This document shows positions 48,651 to 59,800 of a stretch of DNA of 64,000 nt, in pieces. The position numbers and the translations under genes are program-made. Under the pieces are notes generated by a model that was not told where the DNA came from, made no database searches, and saw only the letters and a list, made by a program, of their open reading frames with translations. Positions within the stretch are counted from its first letter, which is position 1. Each line of letters starts with the position of its first letter. Location of the stretch: NCBI GenBank assembly GCA_000165345.1, contig CM000430.1, forward strand, positions 96,001 through 160,000, given 5' to 3'.

Positions 48651-49670
48651 TTACTTTTTGTTAATAATCAATGAACCTATACAAGTTGCTAAGATCATTA
48701 ATCCTACAGTTCCAACGATCTTAAGGAAAGCTTCGCGTGATAAATGTTTAGCTCCCTTCTTGAATGTTAATTCAATCATCTCTAAAGCAGGTAATTCATC
48801 GCCAGCAATACCTTGGAATGATAAAGATGGAGATGGTAATTGAGTATTAATTGGTGATAATTCAACTTGATTACCATTTTGAATGATATATGGAACCATC
48901 TTGCTACCATCAACCTTAAATGAGCAATAAGAATCACAGTTCAAGAAAGTAGTACCTTCAATAGTTGAGTTGTATGTACCCCTATTTTGACCACTAATTA
49001 CAAGCTCAACATGAGTATCCAAAATAAGTTGTTGAACCTTCTTTAACGAAGAATCGATTGAATATGAAGAAGCCAAGTATTTGTTTCCAACTACAACAGT
49101 GAAATCATGATGTTTATGACCATAGTGTAAAGTTGCATTCAAATTTTGGAAGGCTTGTTCAGAAACTTTGTGGTCTGGGAAAGAGCTGGAAAGAATAAAA
49201 GTATCAATGAATACAAATAAAACAGTACCATCTCTTCTAGATAACACATTTGAAGTATCAGTATAGTGTGAAACATAATGATAAAAGTAATTTGGGAAAC
49301 TAAATCTTGGGAAAATATCATTATTGCTATCATAAGTTACATTATTTCTCTTCAATAGCAAGTTAGCATTCCCATTATCCCAATCAGCTTGACCCATTGC
49401 TGCGAACAATGGAATCTGGAGAGATTTTTCTGAGTAAATATTCTCAAAACAATGTTTGAAATCAATTCCACCAGGAAAGTTATCTCCAGGACTAACCAAT
49501 AATGAGAATGGAGTCTTCTCTGCTTGGGCTTTTAAAACAGAAGCTACCTTTTTTTGGTTTCCAGAACATCCATAATTTGATAATGATGCAAAATATAATT
49601 CTCCATTAACTCTATTTGAACTAACAAATATACACAAAACGATTCCAAAAACTAGAAGTAATGCTCTCAT
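48651..49670 (-). CDS. Calcineurin-like metallophosphoesterase, purple/tartrate-resistant acid phosphatase (ACP5)-like, with signal peptide and C-terminal hydrophobic anchor; metal-binding motifs partly degenerate
   Basis: ATG 49670. Signal peptide ALLLVFGIVLCIFVSS. LLVSPGDNFPGGID resembles ACP5 VGDNFY. AAMGQADWDN sits where GNHD should be. HYGHKHHDF resembles AGHDHN. The C-terminus IVGTVGLMILATCIGSLIINKK is a TM or GPI-type anchor. Confidence 0.5.
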   Translation of the reverse strand: MRALLLVFGIVLCIFVSSNRVNGELYFASLSNYGCSGNQKKVASVLKAQAEKTPFSLLVSPGDNFPGGIDFKHCFENIYSEKSLQIPLFAAMGQADWDNGNANLLLKRNNVTYDSNNDIFPRFSFPNYFYHYVSHYTDTSNVLSRRDGTVLFVFIDTFILSSSFPDHKVSEQAFQNLNATLHYGHKHHDFTVVVGNKYLASSYSIDSSLKKVQQLILDTHVELVISGQNRGTYNSTIEGTTFLNCDSYCSFKVDGSKMVPYIIQNGNQVELSPINTQLPSPSLSFQGIAGDELPALEMIELTFKKGAKHLSREAFLKIVGTVGLMILATCIGSLIINKK

Positions 49671-50776
49671 CCTTTTATTAAAATATAAACAGTTGCTTTC
49701 ACTTTTTGTAATATTGTTTTATATAAGACTATAATTTTTCTTTTTCGGTAATGTGTTTCTTACTCACAATTTTTAATTAATATTTGGCTATTCAATAACC
49801 CAATAGTGGAATTCTTTAAATTCGATATTTATACTTAATTCCTAATTTTATTATTTAAAAAAAAAAAAAACCTACCTTTTTTACCTTTTCAAAATAATAA
49901 AAATGTCTTTTTTCCTTATAATATGCTTGCTTCCACCTTTTGATTAAGCCTCACACTATTTATAAACCTTGTTCCTCATTACAAAAATCAAATCTGTATG
50001 CAAGCACATCTACATACATTATTGACGACATTACGTCATTACAAATGGATCAAGTCTCCATGTACCCCATTTTACATACATTAACGTTTTGTCCTCACAA
50101 CTTTAAAAATTTAACATATGTCTCGTTTTCTTTTTTTGAATACTGTTAAATATTCGTGTTTTTTTTTTACGATCTCTTTAATTGATTTTTAACAGTTAAA
50201 TCTATTAAGATGAAAATTCTTTCTCATTTTCTTATTTTTCAATATTCCTCATCATTATCCGCATGCACAATTTTTCCCCAATTTGATGCGTGTGCACTGT
50301 GTCTTTTTTGTGAAATTTTATAACACTTAATTTTTGATATCAAGGCTTTTTTTTAATTAATTGAATCAAATATATTCGAATACAATTATCTAAATTCAAG
50401 CAGTATTTGAATCTTCATTTCAAGAATTTTGAATCCATCTTTTTTTTCCTAAAAATATGTGATAATTTGTTTGTCCACATAAGTGGGATATAGAAAAAAA
50501 ATTATGAAAGAGGGGAAAAATGCACGTAGAAAAATTAATAAATAGGAGAAAAAATTATAGCCAAGGGCTTGATTAGTAAAATATATTCATCAACGTAAAT
50601 TCAATATGCCTAATTATTGCATATATGTATAGAAGTAACGTAATTTGTTAATTTTCTTTTGCATCTTTCTCATTGCAATTTTGTAATTTTGAATTAATGA
50701 ATTTGATTTACAAATCATTGTCTTTTTTTTACCCTATTTGTTTTTACTCTTTTATTGATATTAATTAAAAAACCAA

Positions 50777-50831
50777 TTACGTGTTGTTGGCGCCTACTTA
50801 TGTGGGTTAAATTACATGCAATTTATGCAAG
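50777..50831. promoter_or_regulatory. TTACGTGTTGTTGGCGCCTAC … ACATGCAATTTATGCAAG boxes in the head-to-head spacer upstream of the SUN-domain gene; CCGCATGCAC at 50258..50270
   Basis: Sequence motifs. They lie 320-380 nt upstream of the ATG at 51155. Confidence 0.4.
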
Positions 50832-51154
50832 TATGACAGTTGTAAAAGTCATGCAGTATCAAAAGTGTGATTTCTAGAATTTAATAAAGAATAAATCGTT
50901 AAATTATTATTTTGTTAATTGGAAGTAAACTATTGAGATTTTGAAATAATTATAAAAATGAATAAATTGTTAATTTTTCTATGAATATATTTCGGGGAAA
51001 AAATGACTCAAAGATGGTTAAACCTATAAAATAAGAAAATCCTAAATAAATTAAAACCTATTAAATAATTAATATTAAATTTAACGGAAAGTTTTGTTTG
51101 AGTAATGAATTAAAAAGAAACTTACAATACTTATGAAAACGTATTTATGTATGT

Positions 51155-53233
51155 ATGAAGAATAAAAATAATAAAAAAAGAATCCTGGTTGAGAAGGAAA
51201 AAAATTATCATGAGAAGGCAAACTTTGAGATTTGGAAAACAGATGGAATTTATAGAAATGAAAATGATAGAAGTTTTATGTTTGGAAATAGGAAATTGTC
51301 AAATATGAAAAAAATGCAAATCGATTATTACCCCTATAATGAGAAGTCAAAAATTGAGAATGAAATAAGAGGAAATGTTTTAATTAATACTAGAAAAGAT
51401 ACGGAATCAAGAAAAAAAGCCAGTTTAAGAATATGGATATATCGCAAATTAGGGAAAATATTGAATTATATTTTTAAAATTATTAAAACACTCAGTTTAT
51501 TCTTAATAATAGGTACTTTTCTATTTATTATTTGGAACTCAATTAATCATTTTGGACAATATGGAGAAAGTAAGATGATTTCTACTCAATTATTTGATCA
51601 ATTAATAAAAAAGGAAAAGCTTGTAAATTTAATTAAACAAAAAGAAAGTAATGGTTTATTTTCTGCAGATTATTATGATGAGACAGTAAGTTTTGTTGAA
51701 TTCCAGGAAAAATTTGAAGAGATTGAAGATCAAGTTATTGGATTAAATAAAAAAATTGCAATTTTAGCAGAAATTAATGAGTTTTCAAAAATGAATAGAA
51801 GTAATTTAGAACGTGATTTTCGTGAATTAATAAATAACAAGACATTCATCCTTGAAAATGAAATCATTGAATTAAATACAAAGCTTTTAAAAGAAATTAA
51901 ATCTGTTAAAAACGAAAGTTCAACAATATTCAAAAATTTTAATCGTTCGCTGAATGATATTTTAACGAAAGAGAAGAATCAAATTATTTATAAAAATAAT
52001 CATCCAGAGATTGAAAGCCAAATACAATTAATTATTAGAAATCTAACAGAGCACGAGAGATTTTATTTGAAATTGAGAAATGATTTAGAAAATATTTCGG
52101 AAGAAGTTAAGTTAATTGACGAGGCACAAGATGTTTTAAGGAGTTTGATTTGGTCAATGAATAAAAGAAATGAAGAATTATCAACTTTTAATTCAGAAAA
52201 TACAATAGGAAATTCTCAGCTTGAAGCTTTACAAGGTCAAAGCTCAGAAATTGGAGTTTACCTTAAAAAAATACTTGGGACAAAATTGGAAATGCAAGGT
52301 TATAATCAAGTTGACTGGGCACAATCTAGTATGGGAGGAAAAGTATTAAATCCTAAAAGTAATAAATTCTGTGAGGCAAATAAAGATAATAATAATAATA
52401 GTAATTCAATAATCATTAAGAGTTTGAGATACTTTCAAGATCAGCTTTTTAAGTTTTTGATTCAAAAAAACCATAGAACAACAACATTAAAAGTTCCCAT
52501 CTATAATTCTGAGTGTTTTGAGCCCAATCAACTTATCAAATCAAATCAAGAAAAAACTATTGGAAATTGTTTACTTGCTGAAGTTGGTACTAATATTGAT
52601 ATACAATTATCTGTTTTAATTAATGTAACATCAGTGGGAATAGATCATATTTTATTTCCCTTACAATATGATAATGGAGAAACTGTCCCAAGAAAATTTT
52701 CTGTTAAATGTATAAAAGGGAGCTCAATTGAGGAATACGAATATGGTCATTTTATGTATCACTATCCTCAAAATAATCAAGGTCTTGAAATTTTTCAGGT
52801 TAATTCAAATCATTTATGCAACATAATTAGATTTACAATTCACTCAAGTTATGGTGACAAATATTTTTGTTTGTACAAATTGAGAGTATATGGTGAGCAG
52901 GTTAATAATAACATTGAATTTGTTTCTGAGGTTAAAAGAAATTATTTTTTGAAATTATTTTGGAAAATAACCAGAAAAATAACAATTGCTCTTAGAAATG
53001 AAATATCTAATATGAATATTATATTATTAAATTGTTTTAATTATATTAAAGAGAACTTAAAAGTAGAAAATAAAGAAAAAATTGAGTTTGAAGAAGATAA
53101 TAATGATATAATGTTGGATAATGATGTTGAGATTGATGAAGATAAGGATGAATATGTACCAAATTATGGTAATTTTTCAGAAAGTAACAAATTCAAAACA
53201 AAAAATGATAAAAGAAGGAGAGAAATTGAGTAG
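51155..53233 (+). CDS. SUN (Sad1/UNC-84) domain inner-nuclear-membrane protein: single TM, long coiled-coil stalk, C-terminal SUN domain
   Basis: ATG 51155. The TM is LSLFLIIGTFLFIIWNSI. Residues ~150-350 are heptad-rich. In the C-terminal domain, WAQSSMGGKVLNPKS resembles the SUN YALxSxGAxV block. The terminal …HSSYGDKYFCLYKLRVYGE matches the SUN-domain end motif (…TCLYRFRVHGE). Confidence 0.65.
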   Translation: MKNKNNKKRILVEKEKNYHEKANFEIWKTDGIYRNENDRSFMFGNRKLSNMKKMQIDYYPYNEKSKIENEIRGNVLINTRKDTESRKKASLRIWIYRKLGKILNYIFKIIKTLSLFLIIGTFLFIIWNSINHFGQYGESKMISTQLFDQLIKKEKLVNLIKQKESNGLFSADYYDETVSFVEFQEKFEEIEDQVIGLNKKIAILAEINEFSKMNRSNLERDFRELINNKTFILENEIIELNTKLLKEIKSVKNESSTIFKNFNRSLNDILTKEKNQIIYKNNHPEIESQIQLIIRNLTEHERFYLKLRNDLENISEEVKLIDEAQDVLRSLIWSMNKRNEELSTFNSENTIGNSQLEALQGQSSEIGVYLKKILGTKLEMQGYNQVDWAQSSMGGKVLNPKSNKFCEANKDNNNNSNSIIIKSLRYFQDQLFKFLIQKNHRTTTLKVPIYNSECFEPNQLIKSNQEKTIGNCLLAEVGTNIDIQLSVLINVTSVGIDHILFPLQYDNGETVPRKFSVKCIKGSSIEEYEYGHFMYHYPQNNQGLEIFQVNSNHLCNIIRFTIHSSYGDKYFCLYKLRVYGEQVNNNIEFVSEVKRNYFLKLFWKITRKITIALRNEISNMNIILLNCFNYIKENLKVENKEKIEFEEDNNDIMLDNDVEIDEDKDEYVPNYGNFSESNKFKTKNDKRRREIE

Positions 53234-53295
53234 AATTTATTAAAAAAAAAGAAATTCTGAACTTATAATATTTGTTAATAAGTTAAAATATCCTT

Positions 53296-54624
53296 CTAAC
53301 ATAATGAAAATATGGATTTTTGATTTGGTGCACTAATTGAAATATTTTCAATCATTGGGTAAATAATACAGTTATTTTTATTTGGGAGTCTTTCAATATA
53401 TTCACTAATAAAAATAATATCTTGTTTTGAGATTTTAATCATGGAATTTTTCTTTTTAAGATCATTTGCGTTCGAGATTTCAATCTGGGTTGCTAAATCT
53501 GAAGCAGAGTGACTATTTCTAAAGTCCTCAATAAAAGAATTAAATATATTTCCAAAGAAGCTGATAGTAATTCCAAGTATTTGAAGTAAAAAATTTGTTT
53601 GATAGTTATTCCTTCTATCACTAAAGAATTTCAAGAAATGTTTTTTTTGGCTCTTTTTAATATGCTTTTTGGAATATTTATAATATTCTTTAATGCTTTT
53701 AAATTGTTTAAAATTTGGTCCTATAAATTTCATTATACTGGTAATTCTTAGAATATCCTCTAGAAGTAATGCAATAAAGTCTGGCATTGAGTACCAAGGA
53801 GTACTATTTGTATCAATTGCATTATTAATGACAAATAAAAGGGATTGAGCAATCATAATAAGTTTTAAGTGTAATTTATGATCAGATTTACATTTACAAA
53901 AAGCAACTTGTTTATTAACTTTGGAGTTAATCATATGCAATTTCTTAAGACTTCTTTTATTTCCAAAAGCATCAATATTTGTATTTGAGTTCTTCATTTT
54001 GAGAAATGAAATAGGTCTAGCGCTCAAGAATTCAATCTGAGATGCTTCATTTTCAATAAAAGTGGAATGCTCATCTTGTTTATTTTTTGCATCCGAATCT
54101 TTGGTCATTAATCCAAAGTCTTCCAGAGTATTTGTTTTTGCAAATTGACTCTTCTTGATCATTTTTTTACTTAATTTTGGAAGTTTCTTCTTTATTGGTT
54201 TTTGTTGATGGTTTATCAATCTAAAGTAACCATTTGTATCAATTCCCATTAGCTTTATTTCTTCAATTTGAGACATATGATAAGTAAGAATAATTCCAAA
54301 TTCTTCAATATAAAACTTTATAAGCATTTTTCTCAGAATTTTATACAATTTCTTAACTTCTCTATGATTTTGAAGTAGTTCTTTTAATATGTAAACTTTT
54401 GGACCTGGTGAAAATCCATCATTTGCTAATGGAAAATTAACTTTTTCAAGATTATCCACAAAAATGGTATTTTTCAGGCTTCTTGAAATTGTTTCCACTG
54501 AATTCAGCTCAAAATGAGCCATTTTTTCACCATTACATCTTATTATATTAAAGCTTGAAAGTAAATATAAAAAGATTATTATATTAAAAATAATTGTTAA
54601 AGTACTCTTTTCATATTTAACCAT
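53296..54624 (-). CDS. Hypothetical secreted/type-II membrane protein, Lys-rich
   Basis: The track ORF starts at TTG 54693; the first ATG is 54624 (MVKYEKSTLTIIFNIIIFLYLLSSFNIIRCNG, a signal-anchor-like segment). No motif I recognise. Confidence 0.4.
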   Translation of the reverse strand: MVKYEKSTLTIIFNIIIFLYLLSSFNIIRCNGEKMAHFELNSVETISRSLKNTIFVDNLEKVNFPLANDGFSPGPKVYILKELLQNHREVKKLYKILRKMLIKFYIEEFGIILTYHMSQIEEIKLMGIDTNGYFRLINHQQKPIKKKLPKLSKKMIKKSQFAKTNTLEDFGLMTKDSDAKNKQDEHSTFIENEASQIEFLSARPISFLKMKNSNTNIDAFGNKRSLKKLHMINSKVNKQVAFCKCKSDHKLHLKLIMIAQSLLFVINNAIDTNSTPWYSMPDFIALLLEDILRITSIMKFIGPNFKQFKSIKEYYKYSKKHIKKSQKKHFLKFFSDRRNNYQTNFLLQILGITISFFGNIFNSFIEDFRNSHSASDLATQIEISNANDLKKKNSMIKISKQDIIFISEYIERLPNKNNCIIYPMIENISISAPNQKSIFSLC

Positions 54625-54906
54625 CTTAATTAATCCTTTCTGAGTTTTTCCCCAGGTTCTTCCTACTTGAATTTCATTACAGTTTGCATCCAAATTTCTA
54701 TTTTATTTTCAATATATGAATAAATAGATGCCTTTGGATTAATTATTTTTATATAATTATCTTGCCAGAAAAAATGTATTATATCTAATATTATTATAAT
54801 TTTAACAATTTTTATGCTATTTTATTTCCAGATTATTCCTAATAAACACTAATATGGTCCCAAATAAGCATAAATTAATTAATTTAATAAAACAACCAGA
54901 AAAAGA

Positions 54907-54935
54907 ATTGCATGTTTTGGCGGGCGATTTTGGTC
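54907..54935. promoter_or_regulatory. TTGCATGTTTTGGCGGGCGATTTTGGTCC box in the head-to-head spacer between 53296..54624(-) and 55217..56329(+)
   Basis: Sequence motif (E2F-like GGCGGG core plus GCATG). Confidence 0.4.
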
Positions 54936-55216
54936 CACAAATCAGATTATTTAAGGGGTAAAAATAATAATAATAATAATTTGACGGGTGAATGCAAATG
55001 GGATACAGTTAAAAAAAAAAAATGTAAATGCTCGAGAAATCGTTGTGAGGGGAGGGAGGAAAGATGCTGAATAAGGAAAAATAAGAGATAAAAGGCGAAT
55101 ATTAATATTACATATATATACATATATTTATAAATAAGGAAATATAACCAGTGTAAGGGGATATTTGTATATATCAATAATAAGCTTAGAAATCATATTA
55201 TTAAAGAGAAGAAAAA

Positions 55217-56329
55217 ATGAGTGAAAAAAATAGAAATACAGAGGTTATTGGTAAAACTTCAAATTCAACATTATATGAAAAGAGATTAGGATTATATGTA
55301 TTAATGGGTTCTGTATTATATATTTTAGCAATAAAAAATAAGCTTGAAAAAGGTTGGTTAGATACTCCTTATTCATGGATGCTGATACTATTTAGAGCTG
55401 GACCAATAGGAGGAATGATTTTAATGATACCTTATATGATTTCAAATTTAAGGACTCAAATAGAAAATATGTGTGAAACTTTAAGACTTTTTCATATTAA
55501 ATATCAAAAAAAAGAGCCTCTTACAATAGCTTTAGAACTTTTCCCAGATCTAGATAAACAATTCAATATGATGCAAAGTATGAGAAGATATATAGTACTA
55601 GGACTATTTTATTTTTGTATTGGAGAAAGTTTGAGCGAAATTTCTACTCAATATTCCAAAAATTCCAATATTTTTTTTCAAGTAATTCCAATCTCTGCTT
55701 CTTTATCACGTTCTATGGGAACTTACTCTTTTTGTAAATCAATTATATATGACTCAAAAAATACACGTAATCTTGTGCATGTTTTTGGCGCCACAACTGC
55801 ATGTATTTTGACATTTTTTGTATATATATTAGGAATATATATAAGCCATGAATCATTAATTGATGGAGTGAGGATGATATTAAGTCAGAGTTTGGTTGGT
55901 GGGGGGTTGGAAAAGGACTTTTTGAGAATATGTATTTACTTGGAATTATTTGTTCAGAGTATATTATTATCAGAATGTGTAATACGTAGGGGAAAAAATG
56001 AATATGCTTCTTTTGCTTCAAGAATATCTCCTATATTGGGCTCTCTTTTAATGATTATTTCTTTAGTATTAAGATGTTTACATTTGGAAACTAAAATGGT
56101 CCCATATTACATTCCATATTTGGAAATAGGTCCATATGTTTGGGGTTTGTTTATATTTATTCATTGTATAGCTTTTTATATTCGATATGATGATCAAGGC
56201 AATAATAGTAGAGATGAAGAAAATATTGTTTATATGAATAATAAAGTTGGCGAACAGATTAATTCTAAGCAAAATTATAATAATAGAGTTAGTTCTGAAT
56301 CTGTAACTATACAGAAAAAGAATCAATAA
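55217..56329 (+). CDS. Hypothetical multi-pass membrane protein (about 7-8 TM helices)
   Basis: ATG 55217. Hydrophobic helices are LGLYVLMGSVLYILAI, GPIGGMILMIPYMI, YIVLGLFYFCIG, ATTACILTFFVYILGIYI, ICIYLELFVQSILL, ISPILGSLLMIISLVL and VWGLFIFIHCIAFYI. No motif I recognise. Confidence 0.5.
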   Translation: MSEKNRNTEVIGKTSNSTLYEKRLGLYVLMGSVLYILAIKNKLEKGWLDTPYSWMLILFRAGPIGGMILMIPYMISNLRTQIENMCETLRLFHIKYQKKEPLTIALELFPDLDKQFNMMQSMRRYIVLGLFYFCIGESLSEISTQYSKNSNIFFQVIPISASLSRSMGTYSFCKSIIYDSKNTRNLVHVFGATTACILTFFVYILGIYISHESLIDGVRMILSQSLVGGGLEKDFLRICIYLELFVQSILLSECVIRRGKNEYASFASRISPILGSLLMIISLVLRCLHLETKMVPYYIPYLEIGPYVWGLFIFIHCIAFYIRYDDQGNNSRDEENIVYMNNKVGEQINSKQNYNNRVSSESVTIQKKNQ

Positions 56330-56677
56330 ATGATTTCAATAATAAAAAAAGTTAATAAGGTAAAATAGTTATAGTTAAGATTTTTAATATATACTTGAGT
56401 ATTTTATTGTAAAACTTTGTTTTTTTTTAAAAAAAAGTCAATTAAATTTAATTAGTCGAGAATTTTATTCGAAATTTTGTTAAAGTTTAATAAAGAAAAC
56501 ATATAATTGAATGAATGTGTCTATCTATTTTTAAACCAGAATTAAAAAATGTATATTGGATTTTGAGTTAATTAAATACTCTAAATCTACTAAAAAACAA
56601 ACAAAATACATCTTTAATTCTTTTTTTCTATTAATAAATATTTAATATTAAAGGGTATCGAATAAGATCACAGGAAA

Positions 56678-56694
56678 AAGCCCGCCAAAAGAAA
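56678..56694. promoter_or_regulatory. AAGCCCGCCAAAAGAAA E2F-like box ~140 nt upstream of the coiled-coil gene ATG
   Basis: Sequence motif, followed by a purine-rich GA tract. Confidence 0.4.
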
Positions 56695-56833
56695 ATGAAT
56701 TATTTGTGGAAAAAGAAAAAGGAAGAGGAAGAGGGGGAAAAAAAAGAAAGGAAGTTAACAAAATAAAATAAAGGAATAATTTGGGGTGAAAATAGGTTCG
56801 GAGTAGTAGAAAAGGAATACTGGTTGATGGATT

Positions 56834-59800
56834 ATGGACCAAGGAGGTGAATTAGAAACACAGGAAAAGGGAGGAATTTCTTCAGCAAAGGAGTTGTTGG
56901 TAGAGAACAAGGATGATGGAACCATTAATTTAGATACTTCCAACTTATTAGAAGAGAATAAGAAGTTGAAAGATAGAATAAAAGAATTAGAACAGAAACA
57001 TTATGTGGATAATATACAAGATGAGGGACAGGAAGAGAGGAGAAATCAGGTATCGATATTAACAGAGCAATTAGTTCATGAGAGAAATGAAAATGAGAGA
57101 TTACATGAGAATTTGAATGGATTACAGGAGTTATTAGTAAAGAGTAAACAAGAATTATTGGAGTTTCAGCAAAGAGTTTATGATTCAGAGATTATTTCAT
57201 CTAGAAGTCAACATGAAAGTAAGATTTTAGAACAAGAAAAGAATACTTTACAAGAATCTTTGAAGAAATATCAAGAGGAAGCTGGGATTATGGAGTCTAG
57301 GATGAAAGAACTTCATGCTTCTAAGAATAATATTATATTAGAATCAACAAAGAAGATTAGTAGTTTAGAGGTTTCATGTAGAGATTTTGAACATAAGATT
57401 ACTTTAATACAAAAAAGTAGGGATGAATTAGAAATGGAATATTCCAAGACTTGTGATGAACTTAGAAGAGTGAAATCTGAATTAGATTTTGCAAAAGGAC
57501 ATTATGAAGGGAAAATTAAGATAAAAGAAGAAGCAATAAGGCTTAAAGAAGAACAAGTACAGCAAATTCAAAGTCTTTTAGATATGAGTATAAGTACTGC
57601 TCAGAATTTAGAGTCAGAAATGGAGAAACTTCGATCTGGTATGATTGAGGAAGATCGTCATCAGGATGATGAAGCTTTAAGAAGTTCCGTTGAAGGAGGT
57701 TTAAGGGAGAAAACTCAAACAACTACCGGAATAGGTACCAAGCTTGAAAGAAAACAATTTACTGACAAACAAGCTTTAGAAATCCTTATAGGGATTTTTG
57801 GAGAAGAATATATACTAAGTGAGTCACATTCAGGAATTGATAGTCAACTTGTTACTCAAGAAGAAGAAATAGAAACAGGAACAGTAACCAGAAATTCTGG
57901 GGGAAGAAGAATTCTAATTGACCTTTTAACTCAATTAGAAGATTATCAACAAAGTATGGATGATCTAAGACATCAAAATCAAGCTTTAAAAGCAGATTTG
58001 AAGGAATGCCAATACCATCTAAAAGTTACTGTTCCTGATTTTGAATTAACTAGAGAAAAATATGAGTCATTACAAGCTGAAAATAATTTTGCTATTGAAC
58101 AAATACAATCTCTTACTCAAGAAAGACGAACATTAATCCATGAAGTCTCTGAATTAAAAACTTTATGGCAACATGAAACTAAAAAAAGAGAAATCTATGA
58201 AGAACAATGCAAAATAATTACTCAAAACTTTAATAAAATAATCAACAACCTTAATTATCCTGCTAATACTAGTGAAATTGATCCTATTCATGAAAATAGC
58301 GAATTCTATTCATATTCAAATTTGAGACATGATCTTGAAAATAAGGTATCGGATACCTTTAAATCATTTGAGAAAATTGATGATGAAAATTTGAAATATA
58401 ATAAAAATATTGTCGATAAGATATATTCTGATATAGTTGAGCAGAATACTCAATTAAAGATTCAGGTTTCGAGATTGATTGAAGGGATAGAATTGGATAG
58501 TCAGATACAGATAAGAAAGTTGACTTCTGATATTGCTTCATATAAGGATCAATTTGAAAGAATTCATCATGAAAGAGATGAATTAGTTTCTCAATATCAG
58601 GCATTGATAACTAAATTGGAGGATGAAAATGCTAATTTAAAACGTGAAAAGGATTCAATTAGGGAAAGTATTAGTAATGATGATTTACAATATAGAAAAA
58701 GCAAAGATGATCATGATTTTACTCCAATAAATCATGAAAAAGGGATTATATATGATGGAATTACGAATCCAAATATATTTGTTAAACAATTGGGAGAAGT
58801 AACAGAAATGTGTAAAACATTGAGTGAGAAACTTACAAGTGAGATAGAATCTTCTGCTCAGTGTAAGTCTGAGTTGTCACGTTATAAAGCTCAATGTGAA
58901 TATATGGAAAGTATGGGAGAAAGGAATAGAAAGCGTTTGGATGAGTTATTTCAAGAAAGAGATGGACTTTATATGCAAATCAATGATTTAAGAAGACAAC
59001 AAGATAGTAAAGATTTTCAAGTACAAGATCTTAAGGATAGGATTAGTACAAAAGAATCTGAGATTATGGATTTAAAGAGAGAGAATGAGCATCAGAAACA
59101 AAATATATCCAATTTAAATGCTTGTATTTTAGATTTGAGATCTGATATTGAGCAAGGAATAAAACAAAGGAGTCAAGATAATGCATTACAGAGGGATATG
59201 ATTAGTCAATTACAAGGAGAATTGGAAGGTAAATGTGTTGAAATTAATAGTATGAGAAAGAGTCAAGATGCTATTTTACAGAGAGAGTTTGAGGAATCTC
59301 AAAGATTAAGACAACAATTAAGATCAGAGCATGAAAAATACCAGAGTATGGAATCTAAACTTAAAGATTTACAGAATGAGAAAGAGAATCTGGAGAGACT
59401 TTTAGCTCAAATTGAGAAGGATGAAGAAATACAAGAAAAAAAGAGTAGAAAGAGTATATCAGCTTCACCAATTGGAGAATTATTTAATTTATCATTATCT
59501 TCTTCAGAATATCCAGAAAGAAGAATTTCTACAAGAAATAGTATTCATTCATCCAGTGATAATAAAATAGATTTGAATGATTCAGATGAAGGATTTAAAG
59601 ATCATTCAGGTATCGATAATGATGAGGTATCTGAATTACGTGTACAATTAGAAGAAAGTAAGAAATTACAAAATTACTGGAAAGAATTGGTACAATCAGT
59701 AGAGAAACAATTAGAGACAAAGACAAGAGATTTGGATGAATTGAAGATAATAGAGGAGAATTTGAAAGGGGAGTTAGAATCAAGAAGAGAGGAAGCAAAA

